Shown one piece after another: positions 10,647 to 21,090 of a DNA stretch of 64,000 nucleotides. The position numbers were made by a program, and so were the translations under genes. Origin of the DNA: Micavibrio sp. UBA1672 (GTDB taxonomy: Bacteria; Pseudomonadota; Alphaproteobacteria; Micavibrionales; Micavibrionaceae); contig DCKO01000025.1 of NCBI GenBank assembly GCA_002320665.1, positions 21,482 to 85,481 of the forward strand, given 5' to 3'. The stretch's first letter is position 1. Every line of letters starts with the position of its first letter. A model generated the notes under the pieces. That model was not told where the DNA came from and made no database searches. It saw only the letters and a list, made by a program, of their open reading frames with translations.

Positions 10647-12553
10647 TATTTTTTCTTTTTCTTGCTTTTCTTGGGCTTGGGTGGCTTGATCTCTTTTGGT
10701 GCAGGCACACCGCTTTCTTCATCAAATAATGCTTTTTCTGCTTCATCTTCGGCCATTTCTATTAAAGGATGGACACCTGGCCCTTGCTCTACTTGCTCTT
10801 CCAGCTTTTGCTCGAATTGATCCTTGTTAAAAATATAAATCGGTACATTTAAAGAGCGCATGATGATTAGTTGCTGGATAATTCCGATCAAGCCACTAAA
10901 GGTCCAGTAAATAACCAAACCAGAGGCAAAGCCCGCCATAATCCATGTAATAAAGAATGGGAAAATAGTCATCATGTCACGCTGTATTTTATCCTGTGGC
11001 GGAGGATTAAGCTGTTTTTGTATAATCATGACAACCAACATCATGCAAGGCCAAGCACCAAACATCAGCACAGAAGGCAATTCATAAGGAAGAAGCCCAA
11101 ATAGATTAAAAAGGCTTGTCGGGTCACGCGCAGAGAGGTCTTGTATCCAACCAAAAAATGGCGCATGGCGTATCTCAATAGTAATAAATAGAATTTTATA
11201 AAAGGCAAAGAAGATGGGTATCTGTACCAAGATTGGCAAGCAACCGGACATCGGGTTTACCCCCTCTTTTTGGTATAGTTCCATAATTGATTTTTGAAGC
11301 TGCTCCTTATCATCCCCGTATTTTTCACGTAACTCAACAATTTTAGGAGAAACAACCTTCATCTTGGCGAATGAGCGGTATGATACATTTGTTAATGGAA
11401 ATACTGCTCCACGAATTAAAACAGTAAGCAAAATAATAGCAATTCCCATATTACCTACGGCTAAGCCCACATAATGCAACGCCACAAAGAATGGATAAGT
11501 GAAGAACCAGAACCAACCAAAGTCAACTGCAAGATCAATATTCTTAACACCTAACTCACGCTCGTAATCTTCTAATAAAAAGACTTTTTTGGCTCCGGCA
11601 AAAAGGTGATATGTATTTTCGGCAGAAGCACCATTCTTAATTTCACGAACAGGCGCTGTAAAGTCTGTCTGATATCTATTCCACATACGCTTCATAGGGC
11701 TTGGCGTATATTTAAAGCGGAATGTCATATTTATGTTTTGCTCTGGCATCAGAGCTGTAAGCCAGTACTTATCTGATATTCCGATCCAACCTGTTTCAGC
11801 TTGAAAGATTTCATTAGGCTCACTTTCCATGTCGTGGAAAGAACGCTGTTCAAGTTCACCGTTAAAATACCCCATAGGGCCTTCATGCATGACCCATGTG
11901 CTATGGTTGGTTCTAGGAATGCCTGTTTGGGATACAAGTGCATATGGGGCAAGCTCAACGGGTTTGCCTGAATTATTCAGGACTTTTTGGGTAATATTGA
12001 ACAGATAGTGTTCGTCTATGGTAATTTTACGTTCAAATATCAAACCTTGTCCGTTATCCCACTGCAATGTCACAGGATTGTCCTGTGTTAGCTTACGATT
12101 ACCTTTGACCGACCAGAGTGTCTCCCTGTCTGGTAAGCGAACAGATTTATCCGGTGAAATCCAGCCTAAATTTGCATATCGAGATTCAAGTGTCTTATCC
12201 GGCGAGAAAAGAACAACATTTTTTTCTTTTTCCAATGTTTCAAAATATTCGCGTAAAGACAGGTCATCAATGCGTCCACCTTTCAGGGAAATAGAGCCGT
12301 AAACCTGTCCGTTATCGAATGTCAGGCGCGGAGATTGCTTCAACGCTTCAGCGCGTTCTAGAGGCTCAAAATTAACAACTTCAGGATTTTTTAAAATAAG
12401 TTCCTGTCGGGCTAGTTTAGCTTTGCGCAAAGCCTCGCTTTGGGGTTTAAGAACATATACATCATATAAAAACCAAAGTGCTATCGATATAACGCCAAAA
12501 ATAAGGAGGTTGCGCATATCCTCCGGATGCATTTTATCTTTATCCTGATGCAT
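10646..12553 (-). CDS. yidC: Membrane protein insertase YidC
   Basis: 635 aa with an N-terminal TM, a large periplasmic domain, and the conserved C-terminal 5-TM core (NMGIAIILLTVLIR..., GVNPMSGCLPILVQIPIFFAFY). The C-terminus is lysine-rich. Confidence 0.95.
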   Translation of the reverse strand: MHQDKDKMHPEDMRNLLIFGVISIALWFLYDVYVLKPQSEALRKAKLARQELILKNPEVVNFEPLERAEALKQSPRLTFDNGQVYGSISLKGGRIDDLSLREYFETLEKEKNVVLFSPDKTLESRYANLGWISPDKSVRLPDRETLWSVKGNRKLTQDNPVTLQWDNGQGLIFERKITIDEHYLFNITQKVLNNSGKPVELAPYALVSQTGIPRTNHSTWVMHEGPMGYFNGELEQRSFHDMESEPNEIFQAETGWIGISDKYWLTALMPEQNINMTFRFKYTPSPMKRMWNRYQTDFTAPVREIKNGASAENTYHLFAGAKKVFLLEDYERELGVKNIDLAVDFGWFWFFTYPFFVALHYVGLAVGNMGIAIILLTVLIRGAVFPLTNVSYRSFAKMKVVSPKIVELREKYGDDKEQLQKSIMELYQKEGVNPMSGCLPILVQIPIFFAFYKILFITIEIRHAPFFGWIQDLSARDPTSLFNLFGLLPYELPSVLMFGAWPCMMLVVMIIQKQLNPPPQDKIQRDMMTIFPFFITWIMAGFASGLVIYWTFSGLIGIIQQLIIMRSLNVPIYIFNKDQFEQKLEEQVEQGPGVHPLIEMAEDEAEKALFDEESGVPAPKEIKPPKPKKSKKKKK

Positions 12554-12667
12554 GTAATAAACCCTTAAATGTCTTAAAGTATCTTTTTTCTGTAAATTTC
12601 GTGCAGCCGTTTATAGCGCATCAATAAGTACAAGGTAAACCACTAGATTGAAATATTTGCTTATTTC

Positions 12668-13030
12668 TTATGCTAATAGCTCAAGACGCTTTAAGCACCA
12701 TTTTAGATCTTTAAGAATTTGTTCATAGGAAACGGTTTCACTTTTCGCTCGCCCTACTAGAATATAATCATGTCCGCTTTTGCCTTTTACACCGATAATA
12801 TCAGCGGCAGCGGCACGCAAGCGGCGTTTGATTCTATTACGCGTTACAGCAGATTTGCTTATTTTTTTGCTGACTGTAAAGCCAATACGAGAAGGTCCTA
12901 TATCATTAGGCATTGTTTGAATTATGACTGTTTCAGAGACCCATTTCTTGCCCTTATTCTGGACAAGCAGAAATTCTTCCCGCTTTTTTAGGGAAAGAAG
13001 TTTTTGTCTTTGTGATTTGGTAGTTTTCAT
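12668..13030 (-). CDS. rnpA: Ribonuclease P protein component
   Basis: 120-aa basic protein with an RnpA-type RIGFTVSKKISKSAVTRNRIKRRLR motif, immediately downstream of rpmH. Confidence 0.9.
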   Translation of the reverse strand: MKTTKSQRQKLLSLKKREEFLLVQNKGKKWVSETVIIQTMPNDIGPSRIGFTVSKKISKSAVTRNRIKRRLRAAAADIIGVKGKSGHDYILVGRAKSETVSYEQILKDLKWCLKRLELLA

Positions 13031-13063
13031 TGGCCCCTCACATCTTAAGGGGAATAGCGCATA

Positions 13064-13198
13064 TTAAGCTGAGAGCTTTTTACGGCCTTTAGCACGGCGA
13101 CGAGCCAAAACAGCGCGACCATTGCGTGTTGACATACGGCTGCGGAAACCATGGCGGCGAGCGCGAACTACACGGCTGGGCTGGAATGTACGTTTCAT
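13064..13198 (-). CDS. rpmH: 50S ribosomal protein L34
   Basis: Not in the ORF track (44 aa). My manual translation is [44 protein letters not shown], a canonical L34. Confidence 0.95.
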   Translation of the reverse strand: MKRTFQPSRVVRARRHGFRSRMSTRNGRAVLARRRAKGRKKLSA

Positions 13199-13249
13199 AG
13201 GTTTAACCTTCTAAATCTAAATTCGTGCTAAAATTCTTTATAGCGCGCG

Positions 13250-13278
13250 TTTATAACGGGTTAAACGGTCCTTGTCAA
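13250..13278 (-). promoter_or_regulatory. Sigma-70-type promoter for rpmH-rnpA(-yidC-engB)
   Basis: On the minus strand: TTGACA (13273-13278), a 17-nt spacer, then TATAAA (13250-13255), about 50 nt upstream of the rpmH ATG. Confidence 0.5.
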
Positions 13279-13306
13279 ATATCTTGTGCTATTTTTTTTA
13301 AAGTTC

Positions 13307-13597
13307 TTATTGCTGGATCAGGTTTGCTTTCAGGCTTATTTTTTTACCTGTAAAGTGATCAGCGCTAAGCGTTATAGTTTTGTGTTTTTCAAAGCTACCA
13401 TTTAGTTCTTCAGGCACATGGCCGATCAGGAACTGGCCTTCATATAAAACAGCATGAACCGAACGGTCTTCGGCATTAAAAAGAACTGTTTCAGCACGAA
13501 TATAAGCCGGATCATTGAACTGGATTAGAGGACAATTATCAGAATCCAATAGGATTTCTGCGTTTACAACCTGATCATTTACTAGAATTTGTCCCAT
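13307..13597 (-). CDS. Hypothetical small protein (96 aa)
   Basis: Only long ORF in this interval. It is co-oriented with the upstream orphan 13656..14369 across a 58-nt gap. I recognised no motif. Confidence 0.4.
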   Translation of the reverse strand: MGQILVNDQVVNAEILLDSDNCPLIQFNDPAYIRAETVLFNAEDRSVHAVLYEGQFLIGHVPEELNGSFEKHKTITLSADHFTGKKISLKANLIQQ

Positions 13598-13655
13598 GAT
13601 AGAACCTCATAAAATTAAACCTAATACAGTCTAAATTATGTGGGTTTATAAAGGG

Positions 13656-14369
13656 TTAATTAGATGTTCCGACTTGGAACTGTATTTTAGTGGCATCAGA
13701 TTCTAAATTATCAAATTGAAACTGACGGAAATCAAAATCTTGATTATCTGCCTGTGGCCCTTCAGTTCCAGTATTATTTAGGTAAATCAAGCCAGCATCT
13801 CTCGCTTGTAAAGTTGTTGATTCAAGTATTTCTCTCGCCGTCTGTAAATTATCTGCTTTTTCTCTTAAATTATCCGCTTCTTCTTGGAGTGTTGCTTGCC
13901 CTGCTCTCAAGTTAGCGTAATCAATCATTGGCGATATCATTAAATCAGTATCAACAGAATCGGAAATGGCCTTATCATATTCGGCGACCAAATCTTCTAT
14001 AGATTCAGGATCATCAATATTATGACCATACCCCAATGTAGCGCTAGTTTCGTTATATGCATCTACAGCTATTTGCATAGCTGAATTATAATTTATGCGC
14101 ATAGCTTCGAGATAATCAGGCATCGCATAATATGTTGCCCCCATCTTAACATCGTCCATGCCTGCATCTACTAATTTACTTGGGTCCAATGCATTTCCAG
14201 ATAAAGCCGGATTAGATTTGAGCGCATTTATTTCATCAATACCAAGGTTTTCGGGTGCCCATGGCATCAAAGTATCATCCCCTGTTTGAACCATCACATA
14301 TATTGATCTGGCATCAGCCGAGGTATCATGAACAAATTTTGTTGTTAATTCGCCGCCTTGATCCGCCAT
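13656..14369 (-). CDS. Hypothetical acidic protein (237 aa)
   Basis: Long ORF preceded by a purine-rich stretch (GGGGAAATATT-ATG). It is acidic, has a short coiled-coil segment (QEEADNLREKADNLQTAREILE) and no signal peptide. I recognised no family. Confidence 0.45.
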   Translation of the reverse strand: MADQGGELTTKFVHDTSADARSIYVMVQTGDDTLMPWAPENLGIDEINALKSNPALSGNALDPSKLVDAGMDDVKMGATYYAMPDYLEAMRINYNSAMQIAVDAYNETSATLGYGHNIDDPESIEDLVAEYDKAISDSVDTDLMISPMIDYANLRAGQATLQEEADNLREKADNLQTAREILESTTLQARDAGLIYLNNTGTEGPQADNQDFDFRQFQFDNLESDATKIQFQVGTSN

Positions 14370-14513
14370 AATATTTCCCCTAACTACGAGTTTTTATTAT
14401 TTAATAACCAAACTATAGAAAAAATAGTAATTATTGCAATAGTTTTCTCCTGTATCTCGACAAACCTGTTTACAGGCGATATATGTTTTCTCCACGAAAT
14501 ATAAGGAATAAAC

Positions 14514-15917
14514 ATGGCACCAAGAACGCTATATGAAAAAATCTGGGATGATCACGTTATTGAACGTTCTGATGATGGAACTTGTCTTATTTATATAGAC
14601 CGTCATCTCGTTCATGAGGTAACTTCGCCGCAGGCCTTTGAAGGGCTGCGTATGGCTGGGCGTAAGGTTCATAATCTAGATGCTACATTGGCGGTGATGG
14701 ATCACAATGTACCGACATCTGATCGCTCTGAACCGATTGAGCAAGAAGATAGCCGAATCCAAGTGGAAACTCTGAGTAATAATTGTCAGGAATTCGGCGT
14801 TCAACTTTTTGATCTATTCGATAAGCGCCAAGGTATTGTCCATGTGATCGGGCCAGAACAAGGCTTTACCCAGCCCGGCATGACGATTGTTTGTGGTGAC
14901 AGTCACACGAGCACTCATGGTGCGTTTGGCGCTCTGGCTTTCGGGATTGGGACATCTGAAGTTGAGCATGTACTCGCGACACAAACCCTTATTCAAAAGC
15001 CATCAAAGAATATGCGTATTACTGTTGATGGTAAGCTTCCCGCGGGCGTAACTGCCAAAGATATGATTTTGGCAATTATTGGTGAAATCGGGACATCTGG
15101 TGGCAATGGGCATGTGATTGAGTATGCTGGTGAAGCTGTAAGAAACCTCTCTATGGCTGGACGAATGACAATATGCAACATGTCGATCGAAGGCGGCGCG
15201 CGCGCCGGTATGGTGGCGCCGGATGAGACAACATTTGAGTATATTAAAGGTCGTCCGATGGCGCCTAAAGGTGAAAACTGGGATAAGGCTGTCGCCTATT
15301 GGAAGACGTTATTTTCTGATGAAGGGGCTTCTTATGATAAGGAAGTTGTCCTTAAGGCCGAGGATATTGCTCCGATTGTGACATGGGGCACAACACCGGA
15401 GGATATCGTGCCTATCACTGGCAACGTGCCTGCACCTGAGGATTTTGATGATCCCGATAAGCAACAATCAGCTAAAAGGATGCTGGAGTATATGGGGCTT
15501 GAGGCTGGAACGAAGATGCAAGATATCCCGATTGATGTAGTTTTCATCGGCTCTTGTACGAATTCGCGCATTGAGGACTTAAGGGAAGTTGCAGAAATCG
15601 CTAAAGGTAAAAAAGTAGCTAGCAGCGTAAATGCGATGGTCGTGCCGGGTTCCGGCCTTGTTAAAGAACAAGCCGAGACAGAAGGTATTGCTGATATCTT
15701 GATCGAGGCAGGATTTGACTGGCGTGAACCAGGCTGCTCCATGTGCTTAGGTATGAATCCCGACCAATTAAAACCGGGCCAGCGCTGCGCTTCAACATCA
15801 AACCGAAATTTTGAAGGCCGCCAAGGCCGTGGTGGCAGGACGCATTTGCTCTCACCCGGAATGGCAGCAGCGGCAGCCATCACTGGTAAACTAACCGATG
15901 TACGTGATCTTAGCTAA
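14514..15917 (+). CDS. leuC: 3-isopropylmalate dehydratase large subunit
   Basis: [15 protein letters not shown]..., [21 protein letters not shown] and [11 protein letters not shown] are aconitase-family LeuC motifs. Confidence 0.97.
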   Translation: MAPRTLYEKIWDDHVIERSDDGTCLIYIDRHLVHEVTSPQAFEGLRMAGRKVHNLDATLAVMDHNVPTSDRSEPIEQEDSRIQVETLSNNCQEFGVQLFDLFDKRQGIVHVIGPEQGFTQPGMTIVCGDSHTSTHGAFGALAFGIGTSEVEHVLATQTLIQKPSKNMRITVDGKLPAGVTAKDMILAIIGEIGTSGGNGHVIEYAGEAVRNLSMAGRMTICNMSIEGGARAGMVAPDETTFEYIKGRPMAPKGENWDKAVAYWKTLFSDEGASYDKEVVLKAEDIAPIVTWGTTPEDIVPITGNVPAPEDFDDPDKQQSAKRMLEYMGLEAGTKMQDIPIDVVFIGSCTNSRIEDLREVAEIAKGKKVASSVNAMVVPGSGLVKEQAETEGIADILIEAGFDWREPGCSMCLGMNPDQLKPGQRCASTSNRNFEGRQGRGGRTHLLSPGMAAAAAITGKLTDVRDLS

Positions 15918-15923
15918 GGTCGC

Positions 15924-16568
15924 TTAATTTCTAATTTCAATTTGCAAGGTTGGGCTGAGGCAATCGATATTGCCTTCGGGGCAAATACCAAAGCGGTTAT
16001 CTTTATTATCGGCATCTTCCAGATTTTGGCGAACGGCAGAACCAAATTTAAAGCTCCAGCTATCATTTCCTAATAACTTGAAATTACCTATACAGCGCCA
16101 TGCTTCTTTTGCCTCAGACTGCTCACTACTGTCTTCATTCGGCGTTACCACGCTTGAACAATCCCCTAGCCCACTTAAAAAAGCATTCTCATTCGGGATC
16201 TGTTTATCAAATGACAACGTCAATTGTTGATCTGATAGATACGTATTCTCCAAACATGATACGGGCTTAAATGATTCCGAAAATCTATGGCAATCTTCCT
16301 GACTGAGAGATAGATAACTGCCTTCCAAGTCTTTGGGTAAACTTAAATCCAGAGGCTTTTTTGTAAGAATCTCTTCGGATTGTTCTGGCTCTTTCTTATT
16401 CGGCGCAATATTAACATCAGGGGTTTTATCTACCTGATGAACGGTTATGTCTGATGGCTCGATAACAACATTGACCTGTTCATCACGTTCGCCAGTATCT
16501 TGCGAAAACAATGTAAATGTTGTTGCAAGTAATACATTTTTTAAAACCTGATTTATACGTTTGGCCAT
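15924..16568 (-). CDS. Hypothetical secreted cysteine-containing protein
   Basis: N-terminal signal-like segment (NVLLATTFTLFSQ), six Cys in the mature part, and an acidic N-terminal half. It converges on the leuC stop with a 6-nt gap. Confidence 0.5.
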   Translation of the reverse strand: MAKRINQVLKNVLLATTFTLFSQDTGERDEQVNVVIEPSDITVHQVDKTPDVNIAPNKKEPEQSEEILTKKPLDLSLPKDLEGSYLSLSQEDCHRFSESFKPVSCLENTYLSDQQLTLSFDKQIPNENAFLSGLGDCSSVVTPNEDSSEQSEAKEAWRCIGNFKLLGNDSWSFKFGSAVRQNLEDADNKDNRFGICPEGNIDCLSPTLQIEIRN

Positions 16569-16672
16569 TATTATCTGTTAAACTCTAAAAGCTTTTATTT
16601 CAACTTACCGCAAAAGCACTTATACTATTCACTATAATATTAACGGGCCTTATAGAGCAAATATTCCGTATT

Positions 16673-17377
16673 ATGTATATAAAAAAAAGTAAAACATTAG
16701 ATTACTGGCCGGATAGCTTTGATTTCGAGACTGATCCTGTGTGTCAGGAGCAGTTCAAACCCTTCATTATTGATGAACTTGATAAGCTCAAAGCTTATGA
16801 TCAGCAAAGACCGGACGATATTACATATATCTTTCATGAACATGCAGAGCGCGTTTCGGGCAATGTCTATAAAACCTGCATCCATATGGGTTTGGGTGAA
16901 AAGATTGCAAATAATATGAAATGGCTCTCTATGCCTCATGATATTGGGAAACGCCTTCTGCCCATTGATCTCTGGGATATGGAAGAAAAGCCTACGAGCA
17001 AGCTAAAGCAATTCAGGCGCACTCATACCCTATTGGGCGTGCAGATCGTTCTGGAGTACTTTCCTCAACTTGAGCACCCATTCAAGGATTTAATGATTGA
17101 AATTATGGCGTATCACCATGAGCAAATGAATGGCGAAGGCACACACAGGATCAGTGGTGATATGCTCTCGGCCCCGGTGCGCTTGATGTCTATTATCGAG
17201 GCCTATGATGGCTGGCGGATATGGCGACCTCATTACGGGGAACGCGATATTTCTATCCCCGGTGTTCTCAAGCGCATGCGCGAGGAAAAGGGTGCAGACA
17301 TTTTTGATATGGAATTCTTCGAAGCCTTTGCAGAAATGAAAATGATCGAGTATAACGAGCAGCAGAAAACAGGATGA
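16673..17377 (+). CDS. Stand-alone HD-domain protein of the HD-GYP type with a degenerate GYP motif
   Basis: HDIGKRLLP (HD motif) followed by YHHEQMNGEGTH, which aligns to HHE-x-x-DG-x-GYP with GYP replaced by GTH. There is no receiver or other sensor domain. Confidence 0.7.
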   Translation: MYIKKSKTLDYWPDSFDFETDPVCQEQFKPFIIDELDKLKAYDQQRPDDITYIFHEHAERVSGNVYKTCIHMGLGEKIANNMKWLSMPHDIGKRLLPIDLWDMEEKPTSKLKQFRRTHTLLGVQIVLEYFPQLEHPFKDLMIEIMAYHHEQMNGEGTHRISGDMLSAPVRLMSIIEAYDGWRIWRPHYGERDISIPGVLKRMREEKGADIFDMEFFEAFAEMKMIEYNEQQKTG

Positions 17378-17381
17378 ATTT

Positions 17382-18080
17382 ATGCCCTTTAGAATAATTT
17401 TGACTTTTTTACTTTTCTTGATCTGCTCTTTTCCTACATGGGCGGAAGAAGACCCTGATCTCAAGGCTAAATTTCTGAGTGCATGGGAAGCGCATCAAAA
17501 ATCTTTACCGACAACTGTTGCACTTGAGAAAACTGATGAGCCGAATATCTATAATTTTGAAACGGCCCTGTTTCCCTATAGAGGTAAATTGCAGGTCAAT
17601 AATATCCTGATTAGCCGCGACCTTGATTATTATTATGATTACAATCTGGGCGCTGAATATGCCCTAAAAGGCGTCGCAGAGACTGAGTTACTGGATATTT
17701 CCAGTGATGACCTTTATAGGAAATATCCGCAAAGCCAGCAATTATGGGCCAAAGAGCAATATCTCTTTTGGGATGACAGCCAAAAGAAATGGCTCAGCGC
17801 AGATGAGTGGAAAAATGCTTCTGCTGTCGTCAGTCACGAAGAGATGACATCGCCTTACAACAAGCCATGTGTTGTAACAGAGACACTCATGACAATCTGG
17901 CCATTTTTAGTGATATTACTATTTCTCATGATCTTTCTTGCCAGAATCAAGCAATTGCAAAAGCAGCAATTCGAGAAATTTGACCTTAGCATAGAACGAC
18001 AGCTTGAATCTTTGGAATTACAAAAACAATCACTTGAATTACAAAGAGAAATTCTTAAAGTCCTAAAGCAAAAGACATAA
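17382..18080 (+). CDS. Hypothetical exported protein with a C-terminal TM anchor and coiled coil
   Basis: Signal peptide (ILTFLLFLICSFPTWAEE), a late TM helix (IWPFLVILLFLMIFLA), then a repeated LESLELQKQSLELQ segment. It starts 4 nt after the HD gene stop and ends 19 nt before leuD. Confidence 0.5.
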   Translation: MPFRIILTFLLFLICSFPTWAEEDPDLKAKFLSAWEAHQKSLPTTVALEKTDEPNIYNFETALFPYRGKLQVNNILISRDLDYYYDYNLGAEYALKGVAETELLDISSDDLYRKYPQSQQLWAKEQYLFWDDSQKKWLSADEWKNASAVVSHEEMTSPYNKPCVVTETLMTIWPFLVILLFLMIFLARIKQLQKQQFEKFDLSIERQLESLELQKQSLELQREILKVLKQKT

Positions 18081-18099
18081 CAATAATTAAGAGCTAAAG

Positions 18100-18705
18100 A
18101 TGGAACCATTTAAGACCCTTCGCGCAAAGGCTGCGCCTTTGGATATGATCAATGTTGATACGGACGTGATTGTGCCCAAGCAATTCCTAAAAACCGTTAA
18201 ACGCACTGGGCTTGGCGTGAATGCATTTTTTGATATTCGCTACAATGACGATGGCAGCGAAAAAGAAGATTTTTCCTTGAACAAGCCCGAACATAAAGGC
18301 GCTGAGATTTTAATCACTGGCAAGAATTTTGGCTGTGGCTCTTCGCGAGAGCATGCGCCTTGGGCTATTTTGGATATGGGCTTTCGCTGTGTTATCTCCG
18401 CTGGTTTTGCTGATATTTTTCACAATAATTGTTTTAAAAATGGTATTTTGCCTATTACTCTGCCCCAAGAGCAAGTTGACCAGTTAATGGATGAAGCCAA
18501 GAATAACCCTGATGATTTACTGGAAATTGATTTGGAAAAACAAACCGTTACACGTGGCAACAAGTTTAAGTTTGACTTTGAGATTGACCCGTTCCGCAAG
18601 CATTGCCTCCTCAATGGTTTGGATGATATCGGCTTGACCTTACAAAAAGAGAACGCTATCACGACATTCGAGAAAAAAAGAGCACAAGACAAACCTTGGC
18701 TGTAA
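18100..18705 (+). CDS. leuD: 3-isopropylmalate dehydratase small subunit
   Basis: NVDTDVIVPKQFLK and GKNFGCGSSREHAPWA are typical LeuD motifs. Confidence 0.95.
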   Translation: MEPFKTLRAKAAPLDMINVDTDVIVPKQFLKTVKRTGLGVNAFFDIRYNDDGSEKEDFSLNKPEHKGAEILITGKNFGCGSSREHAPWAILDMGFRCVISAGFADIFHNNCFKNGILPITLPQEQVDQLMDEAKNNPDDLLEIDLEKQTVTRGNKFKFDFEIDPFRKHCLLNGLDDIGLTLQKENAITTFEKKRAQDKPWL

Positions 18706-18721
18706 GAAATAAGGATCACTC

Positions 18722-19804
18722 ATGAGTTATAAACTACAAATTCTGGCTGGCGATGGCATTGGCCCGGAAATCATGGCTGAAGTCAAAAAGCTGATTGGCT
18801 GGATTAACGAGACAACAGATACCAAAATTGAAACTGCTGATGGGCTTATTGGCGGTGCATCTTATGATGAATTCGGTGAGCCATTGACAGATGAAACGCT
18901 TGAGGTTTCAAAAGCTTGTGATGCCGTCATTCTTGGTTCTGTAGGTGGTCCGAAATGGGATGGTGTTGATTACAACGAACGCCCCGAGGCTGGTCTCCTG
19001 AAACTTCGTAAGGAACTTGATTTATTTGCAAATTTACGCCCAGCCCTAGTCTTTGATGCGCTAATTGATGCATCTACCCTTAAGCCTGAAATTGTTAAGG
19101 GGCTGGATATATTGATTGTGCGCGAACTTACTGGCGGTGTTTATTTCGGTGAGCCGCGCGGTATCGAAGATTTAGGCAATGGTGAGCGACGCGGCGTAAA
19201 TACGCAAGTTTATACAACATCAGAGATAAACCGCGTGGCGTGTGTAGCCTTTGATCTGGCCCGCAAGCGCAGCAACAAAGTTACGTCTTGCGAAAAAGCC
19301 AATGTGATGGAAAGTGGTAAGTTGTGGCGCGAAGATGTCACGGCGCTTCATAAGGCTGAATTTAGCGATGTTGAACTTGAACATATGTATGCTGATAATT
19401 GCGCGATGCAGCTTTTGCGTAATCCTTCGCAATTTGATGTGATTGTTACGGATAATCTCTTTGGTGATATTCTTTCCGACGAAGCCGCTATGCTGACAGG
19501 ATCGCTTGGGATGTTGCCATCGGCCTCTCTTGGCGTGGAAGGATCATCCGCCGTGTATGAACCTGTTCATGGCTCTGCGCCGGATATTGCAGGACAAGGC
19601 GTGGCGAACCCGCTTGCAACAATCCTGAGTTTTGCGATGTGCTTGAGATATTCTTTAGACGAGCAAGACCTGGCACAGAAAATTGAAGATGGCGTTCAAA
19701 AAGTTCTTACCGATGGTTTAAGAACCCCCGACATCATGGCGGATAATTGCAAGAAAATCTCGACATCCGAAATGGGAGATGCTCTAATAGAAGCTATTAA
19801 ATAA
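18722..19804 (+). CDS. leuB: 3-isopropylmalate dehydrogenase
   Basis: [60 protein letters not shown]. Confidence 0.97.
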   Translation: MSYKLQILAGDGIGPEIMAEVKKLIGWINETTDTKIETADGLIGGASYDEFGEPLTDETLEVSKACDAVILGSVGGPKWDGVDYNERPEAGLLKLRKELDLFANLRPALVFDALIDASTLKPEIVKGLDILIVRELTGGVYFGEPRGIEDLGNGERRGVNTQVYTTSEINRVACVAFDLARKRSNKVTSCEKANVMESGKLWREDVTALHKAEFSDVELEHMYADNCAMQLLRNPSQFDVIVTDNLFGDILSDEAAMLTGSLGMLPSASLGVEGSSAVYEPVHGSAPDIAGQGVANPLATILSFAMCLRYSLDEQDLAQKIEDGVQKVLTDGLRTPDIMADNCKKISTSEMGDALIEAIK

Positions 19805-19828
19805 ATTGCTATTAGAAAAGGGTTTCGA

Positions 19829-20317
19829 ATGATCACGAGTATCATACTGGCCTTACATTTTATGGGCGTTGTGCCACTAGAGTCTGCTTATTGGTCTTTA
19901 TACATAGTTTCTGCGGTTCTTATCCTTGCAGAAATAGGTGTGGTATCTTTTGGTATGTTGGCATTTAACGGTTTTCTAGCATTTTATGCTGCGATAACCC
20001 TACATTTTCTTAATTCTCAGGTCTTTGGTGTTTCGATTAGCTGGAGTATTATTTTCAGCGTTGCTTTAATTGAGTTCGTATCCATTTTTATTGCCCTTTT
20101 TATTTGGAACAAAATTAAGAATATTAAGACAGAAACCGGTGCAGAAGGTATGGTTGGTCAAAAGGCCAAGATCGTTAGCTGGGATGGTTTCAAAGGAAAA
20201 GTTCGCTATGAAGGCGAAATCTGGATAGCAGAATCAGAAAAAGAGATGGATTTAAACAAAGATGATAATGTGTCGATTGAATCCGTCGGTAAAATGAAAT
20301 TAAATGTTAAAGCCTAA
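19829..20317 (+). CDS. NfeD-family membrane protein
   Basis: Multi-TM N-terminus plus a C-terminal OB-like soluble domain (GKVRYEGEIWIAES...). It sits directly upstream of an SPFH gene, the canonical NfeD-SPFH pair. Confidence 0.75.
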   Translation: MITSIILALHFMGVVPLESAYWSLYIVSAVLILAEIGVVSFGMLAFNGFLAFYAAITLHFLNSQVFGVSISWSIIFSVALIEFVSIFIALFIWNKIKNIKTETGAEGMVGQKAKIVSWDGFKGKVRYEGEIWIAESEKEMDLNKDDNVSIESVGKMKLNVKA

Positions 20318-20332
20318 ATATAGGAGAAAATT

Positions 20333-21088
20333 ATGCCCTTTTTTGCAGTTATACTCGTTGTCGCTTTTGTATATATATTAGGCTCTATCAGAATTATCCA
20401 AGAGTATGAACGTGGTGTGGTTTACACACTAGGTCGATATACAAGTAACCGTGGGCCGGGCTTTAGACTTGTATTTCTATTTGTCCAAAGAGTATTGCTG
20501 GTTGATATGCGTATCCGCACCGAGGATATCCCGCCGCAAGATGTAATTTCAAAGGATAACGTTTCCGTAAAGGTTAATGCGATTGTTTTCTACCGCGTTG
20601 TTGATCCGGGTCATGCGGTTAACAAGGTTGAAGATTTCTCTATGGCAACTAGCCAGCTTGCGCAGACCACAATGCGCTCTGTGTTGGGTAAGCATGATCT
20701 GGATGAAATGCTTGCGCAGCGTGAAGAGCTGAACGAAGCTGTGCAGGAAATCCTGGACCAGCAGACCGAAGGTTGGGGTATCAAGATCACGAATGTCGAG
20801 ATCAAAAATGTTGATATTGATCCGACAATGGTGCGCGCGATTGCCAAGCAAGCCGAGGCCGAGCGTTCAAGACGTGCAAAGATCATCAATGCGGAAGGTG
20901 AATTGCAGGCAGCTAAACAGCTTGATGAAGCTGCAGCCATCCTGGCAAAACGCCCTGAAACTATGCAGCTTAGATATCTTGGTACGATGAGTGATTTTAC
21001 CAATGCCAAGGGTAATACGATTGTTTTGCCCTTGCCGATGGATTTGCTGGGTGCGCTTAATAAGATTGCAGCGCCAGCTAAGAAATAG
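20333..21088 (+). CDS. SPFH/band-7 (stomatin-like) protein
   Basis: An N-terminal TM followed by IIQEYERGVVYTLGRY, TEDIPPQDVISKDNVSVKVNAIVFYRVVDP and AEAERSRRAKIINAEGE. Confidence 0.9.
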   Translation: MPFFAVILVVAFVYILGSIRIIQEYERGVVYTLGRYTSNRGPGFRLVFLFVQRVLLVDMRIRTEDIPPQDVISKDNVSVKVNAIVFYRVVDPGHAVNKVEDFSMATSQLAQTTMRSVLGKHDLDEMLAQREELNEAVQEILDQQTEGWGIKITNVEIKNVDIDPTMVRAIAKQAEAERSRRAKIINAEGELQAAKQLDEAAAILAKRPETMQLRYLGTMSDFTNAKGNTIVLPLPMDLLGALNKIAAPAKK

Positions 21089-21090
21089 GC

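Noticed and set aside
12554-12667. I looked for yidD (membrane protein insertion efficiency factor) between rnpA and yidC.
   Set aside because: The gap is only 114 nt with no ORF of suitable size in any minus-strand frame. yidD is either absent or located elsewhere.
15332-15883. Long antisense or out-of-frame ORFs inside well-conserved genes. Examples: 15332..15883 in leuC, 20611..21123 in the SPFH gene, 48728..49231 opposite prfA, 50727..51200 and 51504..51992 opposite lysC, 45573..45914 opposite clpB, and 5219..5623 opposite thiC.
   Set aside because: Each lies fully within a gene whose translation shows unmistakable family motifs. Their own translations are low-complexity or Arg/Ser/Cys-rich, as is typical of shadow ORFs, and I saw no RBS.
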